A stretch of 25,810 bases of DNA, taken from assembly GCA_964035545.1 (NCBI GenBank), contig CAXIUT010000277.1:1-25810 (forward strand), read 5' to 3'. This DNA is from Bugula neritina (lineage: Eukaryota > Animalia > Bryozoa). The position numbers were made by a program, and so were the translations under genes. This document shows positions 1 through 14,600 of the stretch, one piece after another. Under the pieces are notes generated by a model. The model was not told the origin of the DNA. It saw only the letters and a list, made by a program, of their open reading frames with translations, and made no database searches. The stretch's first letter is position 1. The number at the start of each line of letters is the position of its first letter.

Positions 1-120
1 CCCAACCCCAACCCCAACCCCAACCCCAACCCCCCCAACCCCAACCCCAACCCCAACCCCAACCCCAACCCCAACCCCAACCCCAACCCCAACCCCAACC
101 CCAACCCCAACCCCAACCCC
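1..120 (+). repeat. Left telomere, (CCCCAA)n
   Basis: Tandem CCCCAA from position 1 to 120 with one C7 irregularity at 30-36. This is the Tetrahymena-type C4A2 repeat. Confidence 0.98.
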
Positions 121-302
121 TTATCCTAAAATAAAGAATCAATCAATTCTAAATTATTTATATTTTAAAATTATGAATAAAAGTTTAAATAATAGATCTC
201 TTCTTGCTCTAGCAGGATAACACTCTTTATCCAGCAACTACTAAAATAGTGAGGAAAAGAAGAACTTAAATAAATAAAATATCTGCAAATATCTCTCATG
301 AT

Positions 303-1115
303 ATGTCTGAAAAGATATTTAATTCTAAGTTAATAATGAAAAAGCTTGGTTTTAATCGTTTAAGGAAAATGCAAGCTTTAGTAAGAGGTTTTCTTGTGAG
401 ACGAACAGTTTATCCATTAGAATTAAAAAAATATCTAATTGTTCAATCTGTACTTGACCTTATTTTTTCTAATGTTATATATAGATAAAGTAGTGGTTTG
501 ATTGTTTAGACTATGACATTAGGCTATTATGATCAAGATCAATCAGGAAAATAAAGATTTATCGAATAAAGTATTTACAAGACAATCATTTTAAAAGTTG
601 TAGGAAGATAGTTTGAAACAATTGCAAAAGATGCTCTTTATTAATCAGCTGTTTTAAAGAGTAGACCGAATATTACTTTTGGGTTCAATCTCAGAGATCC
701 ACTTTAAATCACACTTTTTTTCAAACTCAACTCTCTGACCAATCATTTTATTTAAAATATTACGAAAGAATCTTTGAAAGAAGAAGCTTCTTATAGAAGG
801 TAAATATTACTTGTTGACTATTTGATCGGCTCAATGGAAACATTAAAAAAAATATATCAGGATATAATTGACTAATGTTTGCTCTAAGGAATTGAGGAAT
901 ATCTTCTCTCGATTATTTTTAATCGGATTATCAAGGAAGGATCATACACAATAGCAAACTCAATGTATTTTTCGTCAATTAATGTCATATAAGATTAATT
1001 TTTATCAGAACTAACGATATAGTCAGAAGAATGGCTTCTCCAATAAGTCCTCATAAAAAATATTTTGAATGTAAACTCCATTAGTGTTAAATCGAATGAA
1101 AAAGTCATCGATTGA
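303..1115 (+). CDS. IQ-motif (calmodulin-binding) hypothetical protein, ~270 aa
   Basis: With TAR=Glu the frame is open from ATG303 to TGA1113-1115 and contains MQALVRGFLVRR (IQ consensus IQxxxRGxxxR). The true start may be upstream; ATG173 is out of frame by one base. Confidence 0.7.
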
Positions 1116-1162
1116 TTGATATAAAATGCTCTATATTTTGTAATTTAAATAATCAATATTCA

Positions 1163-2129
1163 ATGAAACTTAAACATTTTCATTCTAATGAAAAAGAAAA
1201 AGAAAGAAGTAAAATTAGTAATCTTATGTCAAGTATTTAAAATAAACTTGAACTACTAGCAGGTAATGATTTCTAATAAGAACATGACGGACTGTATTAA
1301 TTAAAACAGGATGATGAACATTCGTCTAATAAATCTTTCAACTTTTAACATCCTTCTAACAATGAGTCAGATTTAATAGTTCCAAAAGTAATTACAAAAA
1401 GCTCTATACCTTCATCTTCAATTCTTCAAAGATTATCTATGATGGAAGAACAATATCTTTCTAAATTAACAGTTCTTAATCAAAAATTTACGTTTATTTA
1501 AAGTTAAAATCAGGAACTAAAAGAATTAGTAAAAAATTATAACAAAATTAATACACTAACAACAAAAATATGCTCTAATCGAAGAAAGTCAATAAAAATT
1601 GGTTGATACTCGAATAGATTAAATGAAAATAAAAATGATGTAACATTTAAGATAAAATATCAATTAAGAAATTTAGAATTAATATTTAGCAATTAAATTC
1701 AATTAAAAAAGAATTAGCTACTTAGAAAATAAAAAATCAAAGACTTGATCAATAAAAATAACTCCTTAAAATAGAAAAAGATAACTTTCAATAAATGTAT
1801 CGATAAGTATCGAACAAGTATAAAATATTATTCAAAATGATTTACTCAAATACTAAATATCAAAATAAGTCAATAATAACCAATAACCTTCTTCTACTTC
1901 TTCAGCAGTTAAAAAAAAGTTTCCATTAGAAGGGATTAAAAACAGTTCCAAAATAAAACAATCTATTAATATTCAAACAGTCTCTGATAAAAGTGAAAGT
2001 AAAATACTTTAAAAGAGCCAAAGTAAAAAAAAATAGAAAAGCTAAAGTAAAAAAATATCAAAATAACACTTAATCCCCTTTCTGAATAAAGGAATTTAAT
2101 AACTAAAATAAAAACTATCCCTAAAATGA
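1163..2129 (+). CDS. Hypothetical low-complexity/coiled-coil protein; exon structure uncertain
   Basis: ATG1163 gives MKLKHFHSNEKEKERSKISNLMSSIENKLELL..., and a coding-like frame ends at TGA2127-2129. One frame change is fixable by a possible 22-nt GT-AG intron at 1492-1513; frame changes around 1700-1850 are unresolved. Confidence 0.5.
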
Positions 2130-2230
2130 TCATAAATATCTTTGATTATTTTAATAGAAAATAATTATTACTTTTTAAAATATATTTGAATAAAAACTCT
2201 TTATAGTTATAAGTGAATCCTTTATATTTT

Positions 2231-2290
2231 AAATTCAAATCATTTATTTTACATTCAAATCATTTATTTTAAATTCAATCATTTTTATTC
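2231..2290. repeat. 20-bp minisatellite x3 (AAATTCAAATCATTTATTTT)
   Basis: Three near-identical units at 2231, 2251 and 2271. The last overlaps the stop of the minus-strand calpain-like gene. Confidence 0.85.
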
Positions 2291-4445
2291 ATAAAATTTA
2301 ACCTCTAAAATTTATCCTTGAACAACACAATAAACAAAAGTGTCGCTTCTTATCAGCTTAATGCCTCCACTTTATTACTATTCTCCCTAAATAACTACGA
2401 CTTAGTTATCGAGACTTATCCAACAAGAAGATTCACTTTTTGATACGAGCAAAGTATATGTACCGACTGGAAATATTTTGAAGCTATCTTCTTCATCGTT
2501 CCAATTTTAGAAAATATATCTTTTTAGACAAGAAATCCATTAAATAAGTCCAAAACATTCCTCAACAGAAGACATAACTATATCTGAATCAGCCCATCCA
2601 TACTATCTGAAACTTACCTTTCCCAATATTAGCTCTAAAAAGGTACTCTCCTTTCTTAGCCTCAAAACTTGACATTTCTTAACGACAAATACCTGCAGTC
2701 AACATATCCACCTTATACTTCTCATTTCTCCAACATTAGATCCTTGATATGTCTACCATTTTAGATGTTTCTACATCTATAATGTTCAAAATAATAGGTT
2801 CATCCTGATGTTGAAGAACTTCAACTCTAAAAAATAGCTAGGAGTTCGCAGTAACTTGAAGACTAAATCGATGATAACCATATTTAATAGGAGCAATTAA
2901 TACATAGCTAAAAAACTATTTTAATCTCTAAGCTTAAACCCAAATTGTCATCTGTTATCGACAATTGTAGTGCCCCCTTAAAATTTTAAGAGCTAGTATT
3001 TAATGTTTTTCTTTTTAAACCCAGGCAGGATCTATAAAAGGACAATTGATAAGGACAAGTTTTTTATCTCCCTTTGAGTAAAAAGTTAAAACGGTAAAAC
3101 AACAACTTAACTTGCCAGAATAAGAAAGAAGACTATTTGACCTTCCCTCTAAAACAAACATATAACCTTATTTATTTATTTGCTGCATTAGCTACATGGC
3201 AGAATTTCCTTCTTAAATTTAAATTCGTTTGACAGGCCAACCACTCAACTACTCCATCATAAGATCCGGACCTAGTCCTAGCAACTTTTAATAACTTCCA
3301 TGATATTTAGCTAAAGCCTTTTGAATCATCATAGGCCATCCTTCTTTCTTATTAGCTATAAAGATAGGTCGATTAGTTTGAGCCACTAAAGGAAGATAGC
3401 AATCGATACTTATCTGTTTCAAAGAATGATTAGGATAGATAAACACTTGATAGTGATTATTTTTTATTTGTTAGTTTGAATAATTCTTCTAACCAACCAA
3501 GGATGTTGACTTAAACTTTGAAGAACTATCAAAAGGTTTCTATTTGAATGAGATATATCTTCGATATCGAATGGGGAAAATGTATCAAAAAGAACTCCCA
3601 TAGATCCTCTTGTTTACTGATAATCTCCCAATTTCTTCCATTCTACTTCCTCAGACTATATTTCATTTGTTTAATATCCTAAATCGACTTTTTACACAAA
3701 ATATTACTCTATATTATTACCAACAACATCCATAAACGAAGGACTCCTTTTTTTAGACTTTTTATTCCTTTCGATTACTACCCAGCCAAACAATCGAAAA
3801 GATAAAGATATATACTTTAACAAAAGCTAACTTTTCCAGGAAGGAGCTAGATTGGGGAGTTTAAAAACTTCCTATTAATTAATTGTCCTCTCTTAGTTCC
3901 ATTCTCGTAATCCATCAGCATTTTAACTGCAATTTGGTTTTTGGAATTGAGAGCTATTTGATAAGCTGAATGTTTATTAGAATCAATCAGATGAATATCT
4001 ACTCCTCCTCCTTCTAAAAGAATTGTAAGACACTCATTTGCTCCACTCTAAGCACATATCATTATCCCTGTAGATCTAGATTTAGAACTTTGATTGACCC
4101 AACGTTCATATTAGGCTGGAAAATATTGATAGTATGTTTTAAGAAGATACTCAAGACATTAACAGCATTTTATCGGCAACAAAGATGAATCATATTCTAT
4201 TCGCTACCTTACTTTCCAACTTCTATTCTCATACTTATCACTTCTTGATCAATAAGTTCTCTTAGTTAGTAAGCATGATCTTCTCTAATCAAAGAATTGA
4301 TCTCCTTTTTAAGCCGATTACTCAGAGGAGGACTTGAAGGTATATTTCTTAAAGAATCTTTAAGAATAAGAGAAGCTTTTCGATGAGGAGGAGACAAATA
4401 AACTGAAAGCTGCTCATCTTTCTGACTTGGATAAGGTAGATCCAT
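2279..4445 (-). CDS. Ankyrin-repeat + calpain-like (CysPc) protein, probably catalytically inactive; contains frameshifts
   Basis: Ankyrin-like segments NMIHLCCRENAV(K)CLEYLL, TGIMICAESGANECLTILL and VDIHLIDSNKHSAYQIAL. Calpain motifs ISIDCYLP, WPMMIQKALAKYHGSYEKL and ELSGWP. A 1-nt deletion near 4159 and further frame breaks in the 3' part. Confidence 0.8.
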
Positions 4446-4512
4446 TATTCGATTTATTATAATCAAATGGAACACTTAATAGAAGAAAATTAATCTATAT
4501 AATCTATATTTA

Positions 4513-4770
4513 TCTTTATTGTCACTCAAACTTCAATATTAGTCCTAACTTCAATATCACTATTAGTCTTATTGTCTTCACTATTAATCTTATTGTCTTC
4601 ACTATTAATCTTATTGTCTTCACTATTAATCTTAAATTCCCTATTATCTTATTGTCTAAATATTAGTCTTAACTTCACTGTTAATCTTATTGTCTAAATA
4701 TTAGTCTTAACTTCACTGTTAATCTTATTGTCTAAATATTAGTCTTGAATATCACTATTAGTTTAACTTC
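4513..4770. repeat. Compound minisatellite (21-bp TTATTGTCTTCACTATTAATC units, then ~39-bp derived units)
   Basis: 21-bp unit about x3 at 4570-4632, followed by repeated CTTATTGTCTAAATATTAGTCTTAACTTCACTGTTAAT units at about 4648-4746. Confidence 0.85.
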
Positions 4771-4822
4771 ATTGATATATTTAAAATCATATTAACATTT
4801 CAAGATCATCTTATCTTTAAAA

Positions 4823-6307
<1,485 letters not shown>

Positions 6308-6337
6308 CTCTTTAAATTAAACTATTCTAATACACTT

Positions 6338-6510
6338 ATACAACTACTATCATCTATATCAATACAACTACTATCATCTAAAGCAATACAACTACTACTA
6401 TCAACTAAATCAATACAACTACTACTATCAACTAAATCAATACAACTACTACTATCAACTAAATCAATACAACTACTATCAACTAAATCAATACAATTAC
6501 TATTATTGAT
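6338..6510. repeat. 24/27-bp minisatellite (AATACAACTACTACTATCAACTAAATC)
   Basis: About 6-7 units that differ by one CTA triplet, lying between the kinase start and the end of the next minus-strand gene. Confidence 0.9.
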
Positions 6511-6519
6511 AATAGCTTA

Positions 6520-8267
6520 TCAAAATTTGAATATCTCATATTTTTACAAAAATGACTGACAACTAAAATCAAACGAAAAAGCAAATATGTTATCACAAGT
6601 TATAATAATCATTTTATTGCATGTACATACCATAAATTATCTACACTTGGCTCGTTCAATTAGGAGTTTTACAAAACAAGGTACTCCTTCTTCTATTAAG
6701 GATAAATCGATACTAATCGAAATGTTCATCTCCCAGCTCTTCAATCAGCTCATCTCCTCAATGGATTTCTAGTGGCTTAACTCCTCAAAATAATAGTAGG
6801 TCCCAACAGTAAAACACCAGCAACTCTCGTCTCCATCAAATCAGATAACTCCAAAAACACTAAACTCACCAACTGGAACTTCATCTGGTACTCCAGTAAT
6901 CATTTAGGCTTGCTCTCCCAGAAGTAGGACTACAGCTCGACACCCGAATCAAATAGCTCATTCTTTAAGGATAACAGTCCCTCATCACTGAACTGCTGAG
7001 ACAATTACATTCTAAAAATAATGACTAGCTACCTAAAAATAAAATAGCTATTAAAGCAAAACCAACTCTCAAAATAAAAACACCAACTGCTCTTTCTCTA
7101 GATGTCAAAAAAATAAACTTTAACAAAAGTCCTGAAGATAGCTAAACCTCTCTTTAGTTCCTCATACTCCTTCTAAAATCATCACTAGGCATGAAGCTAG
7201 ACTAAATACTTGGACTCTTCACCAATCACAACAAATACCTCGCACATCTCATCGTCAAAGGCATCAATGATAACTTCGACCCGATCATTCTCTTCTACTC
7301 TCTCCTCAACAAACACATACAAAAACTAGCAACTCTCAAGGGATAGAATCCTCAAGATGCCTAAGCCTGTTTCTATGCTTTAAAGCCTGGGTTCACTAGT
7401 AAGCATTCTAAAGTAGTCTAACTGACCTTATAACTGTTCAATCAATTGGATAATCTTTTCGAATGGTTTATCAATTAATAAACTAAATTTTTATCTACTC
7501 TTTTCCATGGACTTAAAAGACATCCATCTCTCAGCTCTCTCTTCTGGAATCTTCTTCTCAAAGTAGCCACAAATAGATAAATATAATTTTTTTAATATTT
7601 TTATAATAAGTTTATGGAAAGTGACCTCTAGCTGATCTAAGTCACCACCATTCTGATAAACATCTCGGAAAACAATACTAAAACTAATTTAAAGAGTAAG
7701 AGTAATTAGAAGATGGATCATAGTTAAAAGATAAACTATAAAGCAGAGGCATACTATCTTCTTGGATAGCAACAGCTAAATAACTACCAGAAAGTGACAC
7801 TTCCTCACAAATAGCTGCTTTCAGTATAAATCAATTAAAATAGATTTTATAGGCCAAATAATGATATATCTCCCTCATCTCCTCTTGAAAAATAAAGACT
7901 ACCTCACAGTCCTGAATAGAAACTGGGCGAAACGTTCTATTCCTCAATTCACTACCCTCATAAACTCTGTTATTTTCCTTCTTTAACAACTCGCACATAT
8001 GAAACACCATATGGCAAAGGTAGTTTTCCAAATCATCTCCACTATAGTTCAAGATATCGGTCCTGGATTAAAAAGATAATACTTAGTATAAATATTTTTG
8101 CCTCTCATTTCCTAATTCCCAAATATCCCTTCATAACTCTTCATATGCCATCTAGGTAAATAAACCCTATCCAACTCATAACTACTTCTCGTCTGCTAAA
8201 GTATCTAAAACACCTAAAATATAACAACTTTATTGGAGATAGGTAAATATCTTAAATAGTTATTCAT
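6520..8267 (-). pseudogene. Hypothetical protein gene with disrupted frame (pseudogene or sequence errors)
   Basis: ATG8267, a 20-nt intron at 8063-8082 that restores frame, and long coding-like stretches. Also frame switches and in-frame TGA at 7831, 7179/7182, 6900 and 6745. No recognisable domain. Confidence 0.45.
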
Positions 8268-8324
8268 TAAAAATCCATTAATTAACTTTTATATTTCTCC
8301 CTTGCTTTATTAACTCATCACTAA

Positions 8325-8510
8325 AACAAGTCAACATCAACTGGTTACAAACAAACAATAGTAGAGTTATAAAACAGATAAACAACAGCAGAGCAACAAA
8401 ACAAGCAAACAATAGTCGAGTAACAAAGCAGATAAACAATAGTAGAGTAACAAAACAAGTAGACATCAAGTAGTCAATAAACAAGTAGACATCAAGTAGT
8501 GAATAAAAGA
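8325..8510. repeat. Degenerate 27-bp minisatellite in a divergent intergenic region
   Basis: Repeated AAACAATAGTAGAGTAACAAAACAG-like units, plus CAAGTAGACATCAAGTAG x2. Confidence 0.75.
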
Positions 8511-8865
8511 AGTAGACAATAGGAGAGTAATAGTTTTGTGTAAGCTCTTTTGTAATAATTGTTATATGCATTTGCTGTAACTTCTCTGAAATATAAGCCT
8601 AAACATAAACAGACTCAAAAGGTATATTTCGGTAAGAATAGTACTTTATTATCAAAAGAGTAATAAGCAGATGAAACAATAGGATTGAAATGGAAAGATC
8701 TTTATCTGAAACTAACTAACAAGATAATTAATTATATATTTCAGTTGAATTAATAGGAGTTAAAGTTAATGTCTAAACTAAAACTTATTAAAGTTAATAA
8801 CTTTATTAAATTTCATAATAGCAAAGTAGGTAATAAATAATTGTAAAATATACTTCTAAATAAAT

Positions 8866-11601
8866 ATGCTGTCGAGTAAAAATATTAAAAATCTCATTAA
8901 ATAAAATCAACCGTCACCTCAGTCGACTTTATTTAAAAAATAAAAGGAATTACCACTGAATAAAGAAGAATTAAGTAGTAAAAATAGATAGCTATCAGAT
9001 AAAAAAAGTATATGGATTTCAAAAGACAAAAAATAAATAAATATATAAAAAAGCAACCTCATCAGAGGACAAGTTAGTTAAGCTCAAATATATTAAGCTG
9101 ATCTCTTATAAAAAATAATATAAACACCTAAATAAATAAAGCTAGTTCATCTCGACTAAATAGAACAAAGAGATCTAGAATAAATAGACTCCATTCTGAA
9201 AAAGTATCATAAAGTACTCAGACACCTTTTCCTCCTCTACACAAGCACAAAAAATAATCACAACTCAGATATGCTATAAAACATAATAAAAAGAAAATAA
9301 ACCCTCACCACTGTCGAACTCATCACCTTTCTCAAGGACTATAAAAAATACTACCTCACCTCACTACACTAAGTCACTGCCATGGTCAGAAACATCAATA
9401 TGAAACTCCTAGACAGCAATAACATCAACTAGCTAGACTTCGCAGGGTTTTAACTCTTCATCATTCAGTTCTGCTTCCTCAATATGACCATCCCTCACTA
9501 AATCACCACAAACACCACTACTCATAGTCCTCACAGCCACCCGACAGTCACCTCCTCCTCAAAAGTAACTAAGTCTCTTAAAAACTAACCCATCGGATTC
9601 ATCCTCAAATAGTTCTTCAAATAACTCAAAGCTACCTTCATCACCAAAAAATAAAAAATAAATATCTTTGGAGACACATAAGATCTACCTCTGACCAAAA
9701 CACAAATCAACGATATTCAACACCATAACTAGCAACTGTAAAACAATCCCAATTATATCTTGCCCGCAGGTTATAAAAAGGTAAATACTAAGTAAATATC
9801 TATTAAGAACTAACTAAGTCCTAATATAAAAGGAATATCCTAGGCATATTAGGCTGCCTTCTATGTACTAGATGATGTCTTCTCCAAAGATCCTTTCCAA
9901 ATGCATATCATCGAATCCATTGTTTCATCGAAAAATAAAATAAAAGTAAAACCAAATGCCCTGAGTAGTCCTTAAAAAATCATCCCGAAAACAAGAGCTA
10001 TGTCCACACTCATCACTAGAAATCCCTCTCCACTCAAGTACTTCTTATCTAAAATAGTAAAATAATCCCCTCTCAACTACTCAAAACATCTCTTAAATCT
10101 TTATAACCTCAAGATCAACTTGTTGGACAATAAACAGCATTAGTTTTATAATCAATTTTACAAAAAATAACAGCCAAAAATTAATAAAAACCAATCCAAT
10201 CAAGACCTAAAAGAAAAGCTATTAGTACAGCAAAGATATCAGAAGTGTAGCAAGTGAAGGCAAGAGAAGTGTAGCAAGTGAAGGCAAGAGAAGTATAACA
10301 AGTGAAGGCAAGAGAAGTATAACAAGTGAAGGCAAGAGAAGTGTAGCAAGTGAAGGGAAAGGTGATAAGTAGGCAGAAAGAATTAAAATAGTAAGCTAAG
10401 AAGATTGAAAGATAGCGATAGAAATAATAATAGAAGAAACGTCGATAGCATACAGCTAAATTTCTATAGGAGCAAAGATTAAAGCAGATATAGAAAAGAA
10501 AGAGAGAATAAGAATAAAAAGAAAGAAAACAACTATAGTTGTAAAAGAAAGCAAATGAGAAGAAAGCCAATATAGAGAGATTTCGACCATTCCATCAAAA
10601 CCAAGTAGAAAAGATAAAGAAAATATAACAAACAGTCCAAGAGAAGAAGAAGTTTTAATAGTAGTCGAAACAAAAACAAAAAGATAAATAAATATAATTA
10701 TACAAACATCTCAAATAACAAAACTAGCTCTCAGACAAACAAAGAATGGATCTTAAAAAATAAATAGAACAATAATTCAATAACCTGTTTATAAGCTAGT
10801 CCATAAAAAGTACTTTCAAAGCATACTAAAACAACCTCAGAGCCATCTTCTAGTTCTTAATCAAACACACACACAACTCGCTCACATAAAAAACACATAA
10901 CCACGAAATCATCTACGAAACCTGGAAGTACTTCATGATCCACTTCGAAATCACCCCCTTCATTGCCAACAGCAACGACATCGTACACATCTTCAAAAGC
11001 ATCACCAAATCTAAAGTCATACTCAAGTAGTATATTCTAGGACTCACCTTCAAATAATTCCAGTCAGCTCTACTCAGAATAGCCAGCAAGTACAAAGGAG
11101 TATTTAACCTGATTGGAAACAGAATTAAAAATCAACCTAAACAGTAAGAAATAAATCAGGTCGAAAAAGGATAATAAAAGTAGTCAGGATAATACAATTA
11201 ATTCTAAGCAGAAGAAATAGATCTAAAAGCACTTTTAAAATAAAATAACTAAGGAAAAGATTAACTTCACTAATTCGGAGATCTTTCCAAAGGTATTGAT
11301 TTCATTATCTAGTAACCGATGTCACTCTAAAAGGCTTGATTCACTACCTACAAGTTCCTAAATATAAATCAGGACAAGAGTAAAGATTCAGACATATCAT
11401 CACATTCAAACCTTCAGCCTCAGTCCTCAACCAATCAAGTAGCTTTCTACTTAAATAGAACTAAAATAAAAGCTAAGTGAAGACTTCTCCATGCCTTAAT
11501 CTCCTAAAAAAAACAAAAACAAGTCAGAACAACCCACTAAACCCATCGAAACTGAATTAAATAATTAAATATAAGAAAAAAGCCCAGAATAAGCCTAATG
11601 A
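8866..11601 (+). CDS. Hypothetical protein (~891 aa) with E/K/R-rich coiled coil and degenerate EF-hand-like segments
   Basis: Continuous frame from ATG8866 to TGA11599-11601 after removing 20-nt introns 10038-10057, 11293-11312 and 11439-11458. Contains LDFAGFELFIIQF, LTFKEFQSALLRIA and EVEQVKAR repeats. Confidence 0.8.
10242..10357 (+). repeat. Coding 24-bp tandem repeat x5 (EVEQVKAR)
   Basis: GAAGTRTARCAAGTGAAGGCAAGA units. The third codon varies between TAG and TAA among copies. Confidence 0.92.
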
Positions 11602-11648
11602 TACCACTATTCTCCATCTATTTTTTTAATAATAACACAAATTAAATA

Positions 11649-14600
11649 TCACATCAATGTCTGCAAAGTATCGCTTATTCCTTTCTATGGAAACTGTAAC
11701 ATAAACTTCTCTCCTCTATTCTTTAATCGTTCCATCCTCATCTCTTCTTCTTTATTTGCTTGAAGGAAATCGATCTCTCTGAATAACTCCCTTCTCACTG
11801 ACATCTTTTAGTCGTCGCTTTCTTTCATTCCTTCCTTCCAACTTCTAGATAATAACTCTTCTAATTTATCATCTAACTTCTAGAATAGTTCCAACGCTTG
11901 CTTTAACATTCCCAGATTACCTAACAACTTGCCTGTCTGCAATTCAATTTTCATCATATTGATATGATCAGGACTAAACCTCTTCTGTGCAATTTGTAAA
12001 CACTGAAACAATTAGTTGGCTATTTCCCTACTTGCTTTCTTCTTCAAAAAAAGAGATGCGTTTGATAGATGAATGATCCAGGTGTTTGGATGTTCAGGTG
12101 GAAATCTAGAAAACAACTACATAGATAACCAGTGATAATTCAATGCGTCCTCTTCATCTCCCAATAAACGAACAAACATCGACAACTTGGAATAGTTCAC
12201 AGCGTTATATATATTCAATTTGCCAGACAAAGATGAACGACCATCTATTGCTCTCAGCATCATTCCTTCAAACTCAGTCACTGACCCCTCACAAAACAAC
12301 AACTCTGCCTTCTACTCCTCAATTCTTACTAACAACTACTTCTCAAGACCTTCACTCACACACAATTTCTCAAGCAAACTCAATTACTCAAAAGCCAAAT
12401 CCTGTCTCTTTTGCTTACCAAATAACTTGGCTTTTAACATATTCACTTCGGCAAACAGAGGATGCCTAATCAATACAGATTTATTTCCACCTCCTAAAGT
12501 ACGAAACAACACAGTTTATGCCTTTTCCACATTCCTAAAAGCTCTACTCAGTTATCCTCTAGCCATAGCAATTCTCCCCAAAAGCAAGTAACTTTTAGCT
12601 CCCTCAGTATTTCTCTAAGCCAGTTTCCTTCGAGATACAGCTTCTGCTTCTTCTTCAGCCAATTTCAGCAAAGAATAATCAAAATCAAGTTCAGCCAATT
12701 TATTTTATACATGCATACAATCTGGATGCTCATAACCTTTATGCAGCACAAGAATATTAATAGCTTCTTTGAAAGATTCCCGACATTTCTTATAACTTCT
12801 TTTATGCTCAGAATAATTAAAACCTCTTTCTTGCCTCAAAACTAAACCAGATACCATACTACTCTCAGACCACTCACCTCCTTCCTCGACTTATTGCGGC
12901 GAAAATAGCCTCTTATCGATCTAATTCAGTCTTGCTTCTCCTAAACTTTCGCTCAATCTAGCTATTTCTTCATGTACTGGATCATGCTATTTGATGATAT
13001 CAATAGCTGATTCCATTAGCAACTCGTACTAATTAAAATTATTACTTTTGACAGTTGAGGCCTACAAAGAACAGTATTTAGCTGCTTGAAGAGGATACAA
13101 CTACTCATCTATTTCTGGCAATTCAGTGAGGTATTCTTTCAAATGTTTTTAAGATTCTTAAATTTACTATTTGAGTCTCATCTTTCGATAATATATTTCT
13201 TTCTGAGTTTCAATCATAATTTTACAACCTACAAATACATCTAAACTGGCCTTAAAATCTATCTCTTCTTGCTATAACCCTAATAACTCTCTCTCCTTTT
13301 CTCTCGACAACTCTAAAACATACTCTCTCTTAAAACAAGAACAAATAGAACTCACAAAAAAAGACCAATTTATCTCTTTTCTCCTTAAATCAAATGAATT
13401 CTTCTTTGACTACAACTAGATATCAGCATCAAGCAAATCTTTATATCCCTTTTTGTACTACCCTCTCCATATCCTTTCTTTTCCTCTCTTCACCAACATC
13501 TTTGCCCGTTATAAATAACTATCAGTCAATCCAAATCTTTTTTCTATACACTATTAATAACTTTAGAACCGCTACATAGTCAAGAGTATTTCAGTTGTTT
13601 TTTCTGAAGTTTAAAATAGTTCTTTATTTTATCTTAGTTTAATATTTTAAGACATGGTCATAGCATAAGTTTCAGCTGCCTATAAATTACCTACATCTAC
13701 CTGAATCGATGCCAACTTAGATAAAACCTACACATTTTTATCATCTTCCTTCAACTTATTTTCATAGTAATTTATAGCTTTATCATATTCTTGCAACAAT
13801 ACTAATAAATCACCATGGTCTCTTATATTATTAAGTTTCTCTTGACAGTAATCGACATTAGTCAAAAGGTATTTCTATTTTTGAGTGAGTAGTTTCTAAT
13901 CTTTTTCTTTCATTGATTTTATCACTCCATATTTTAAAGTAATAGTTCTAATGGCAGCTTTCAAATCAATCGACACCACTTCATATATATTCAATGCATT
14001 AAACAATATTTCCTGTTCTCCTTTAAAAGAACCACAAGCCAATCCATGTTCATTAATATCCACATATCCATGCTAAAACGATTAACATCTACTTGATTGT
14101 TATTTTTATTCAATCTAAAATACTATCAAGTAGGAATCCTCGTCCATAAACTTCATGGCCACAGATCGATCCAGAGAAGATGAAGCAAATCCAAGAATTT
14201 AAACAAAGACTCCAACAGCCAATGAATTCACCTCAGATGATCTTAATTTAGCACCTCGATAAGACAAAAAAGATCTTCTCTTGCCCATAGTATAATAATA
14301 GCGAATAGCATGGTATATCTCATGAAAAGGTAAAGTACAAGGATGAAACTATTCAGGAGTCCGAGCCAAACGCAACATAGAATTTACACTCACATAATAA
14401 AAATTCTACTTCACATAAAAATTCAATACTTTCTGATGCCTCTCAACACCTCCATCTCCCAGCAGTTGAATCTTCTTGTAAATATCCAAATTCTTCAACT
14501 ATTTGCTATTGCTCTTGTAACGCATCTCTATCATCTCAGTAAACTACTTCAAATAGACTTGCTTCTACTTCAAATTTGATAAATTTATAGCTCCATAGAG

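Noticed and set aside
30-36. C7 variant telomere repeat
   Set aside because: It is a single homopolymer irregularity, indistinguishable from sequencing error.
8278-8571. Hydrophobic repeat ORF resembling a membrane peptide
   Set aside because: It is the translation of an intergenic minisatellite, and its TAA 'stop' is Glu in this code.
10181-10570. Minus-strand ORF with FTCYTSLA repeats
   Set aside because: It is the antisense of the EVEQVKAR/coiled-coil region of the plus-strand gene.
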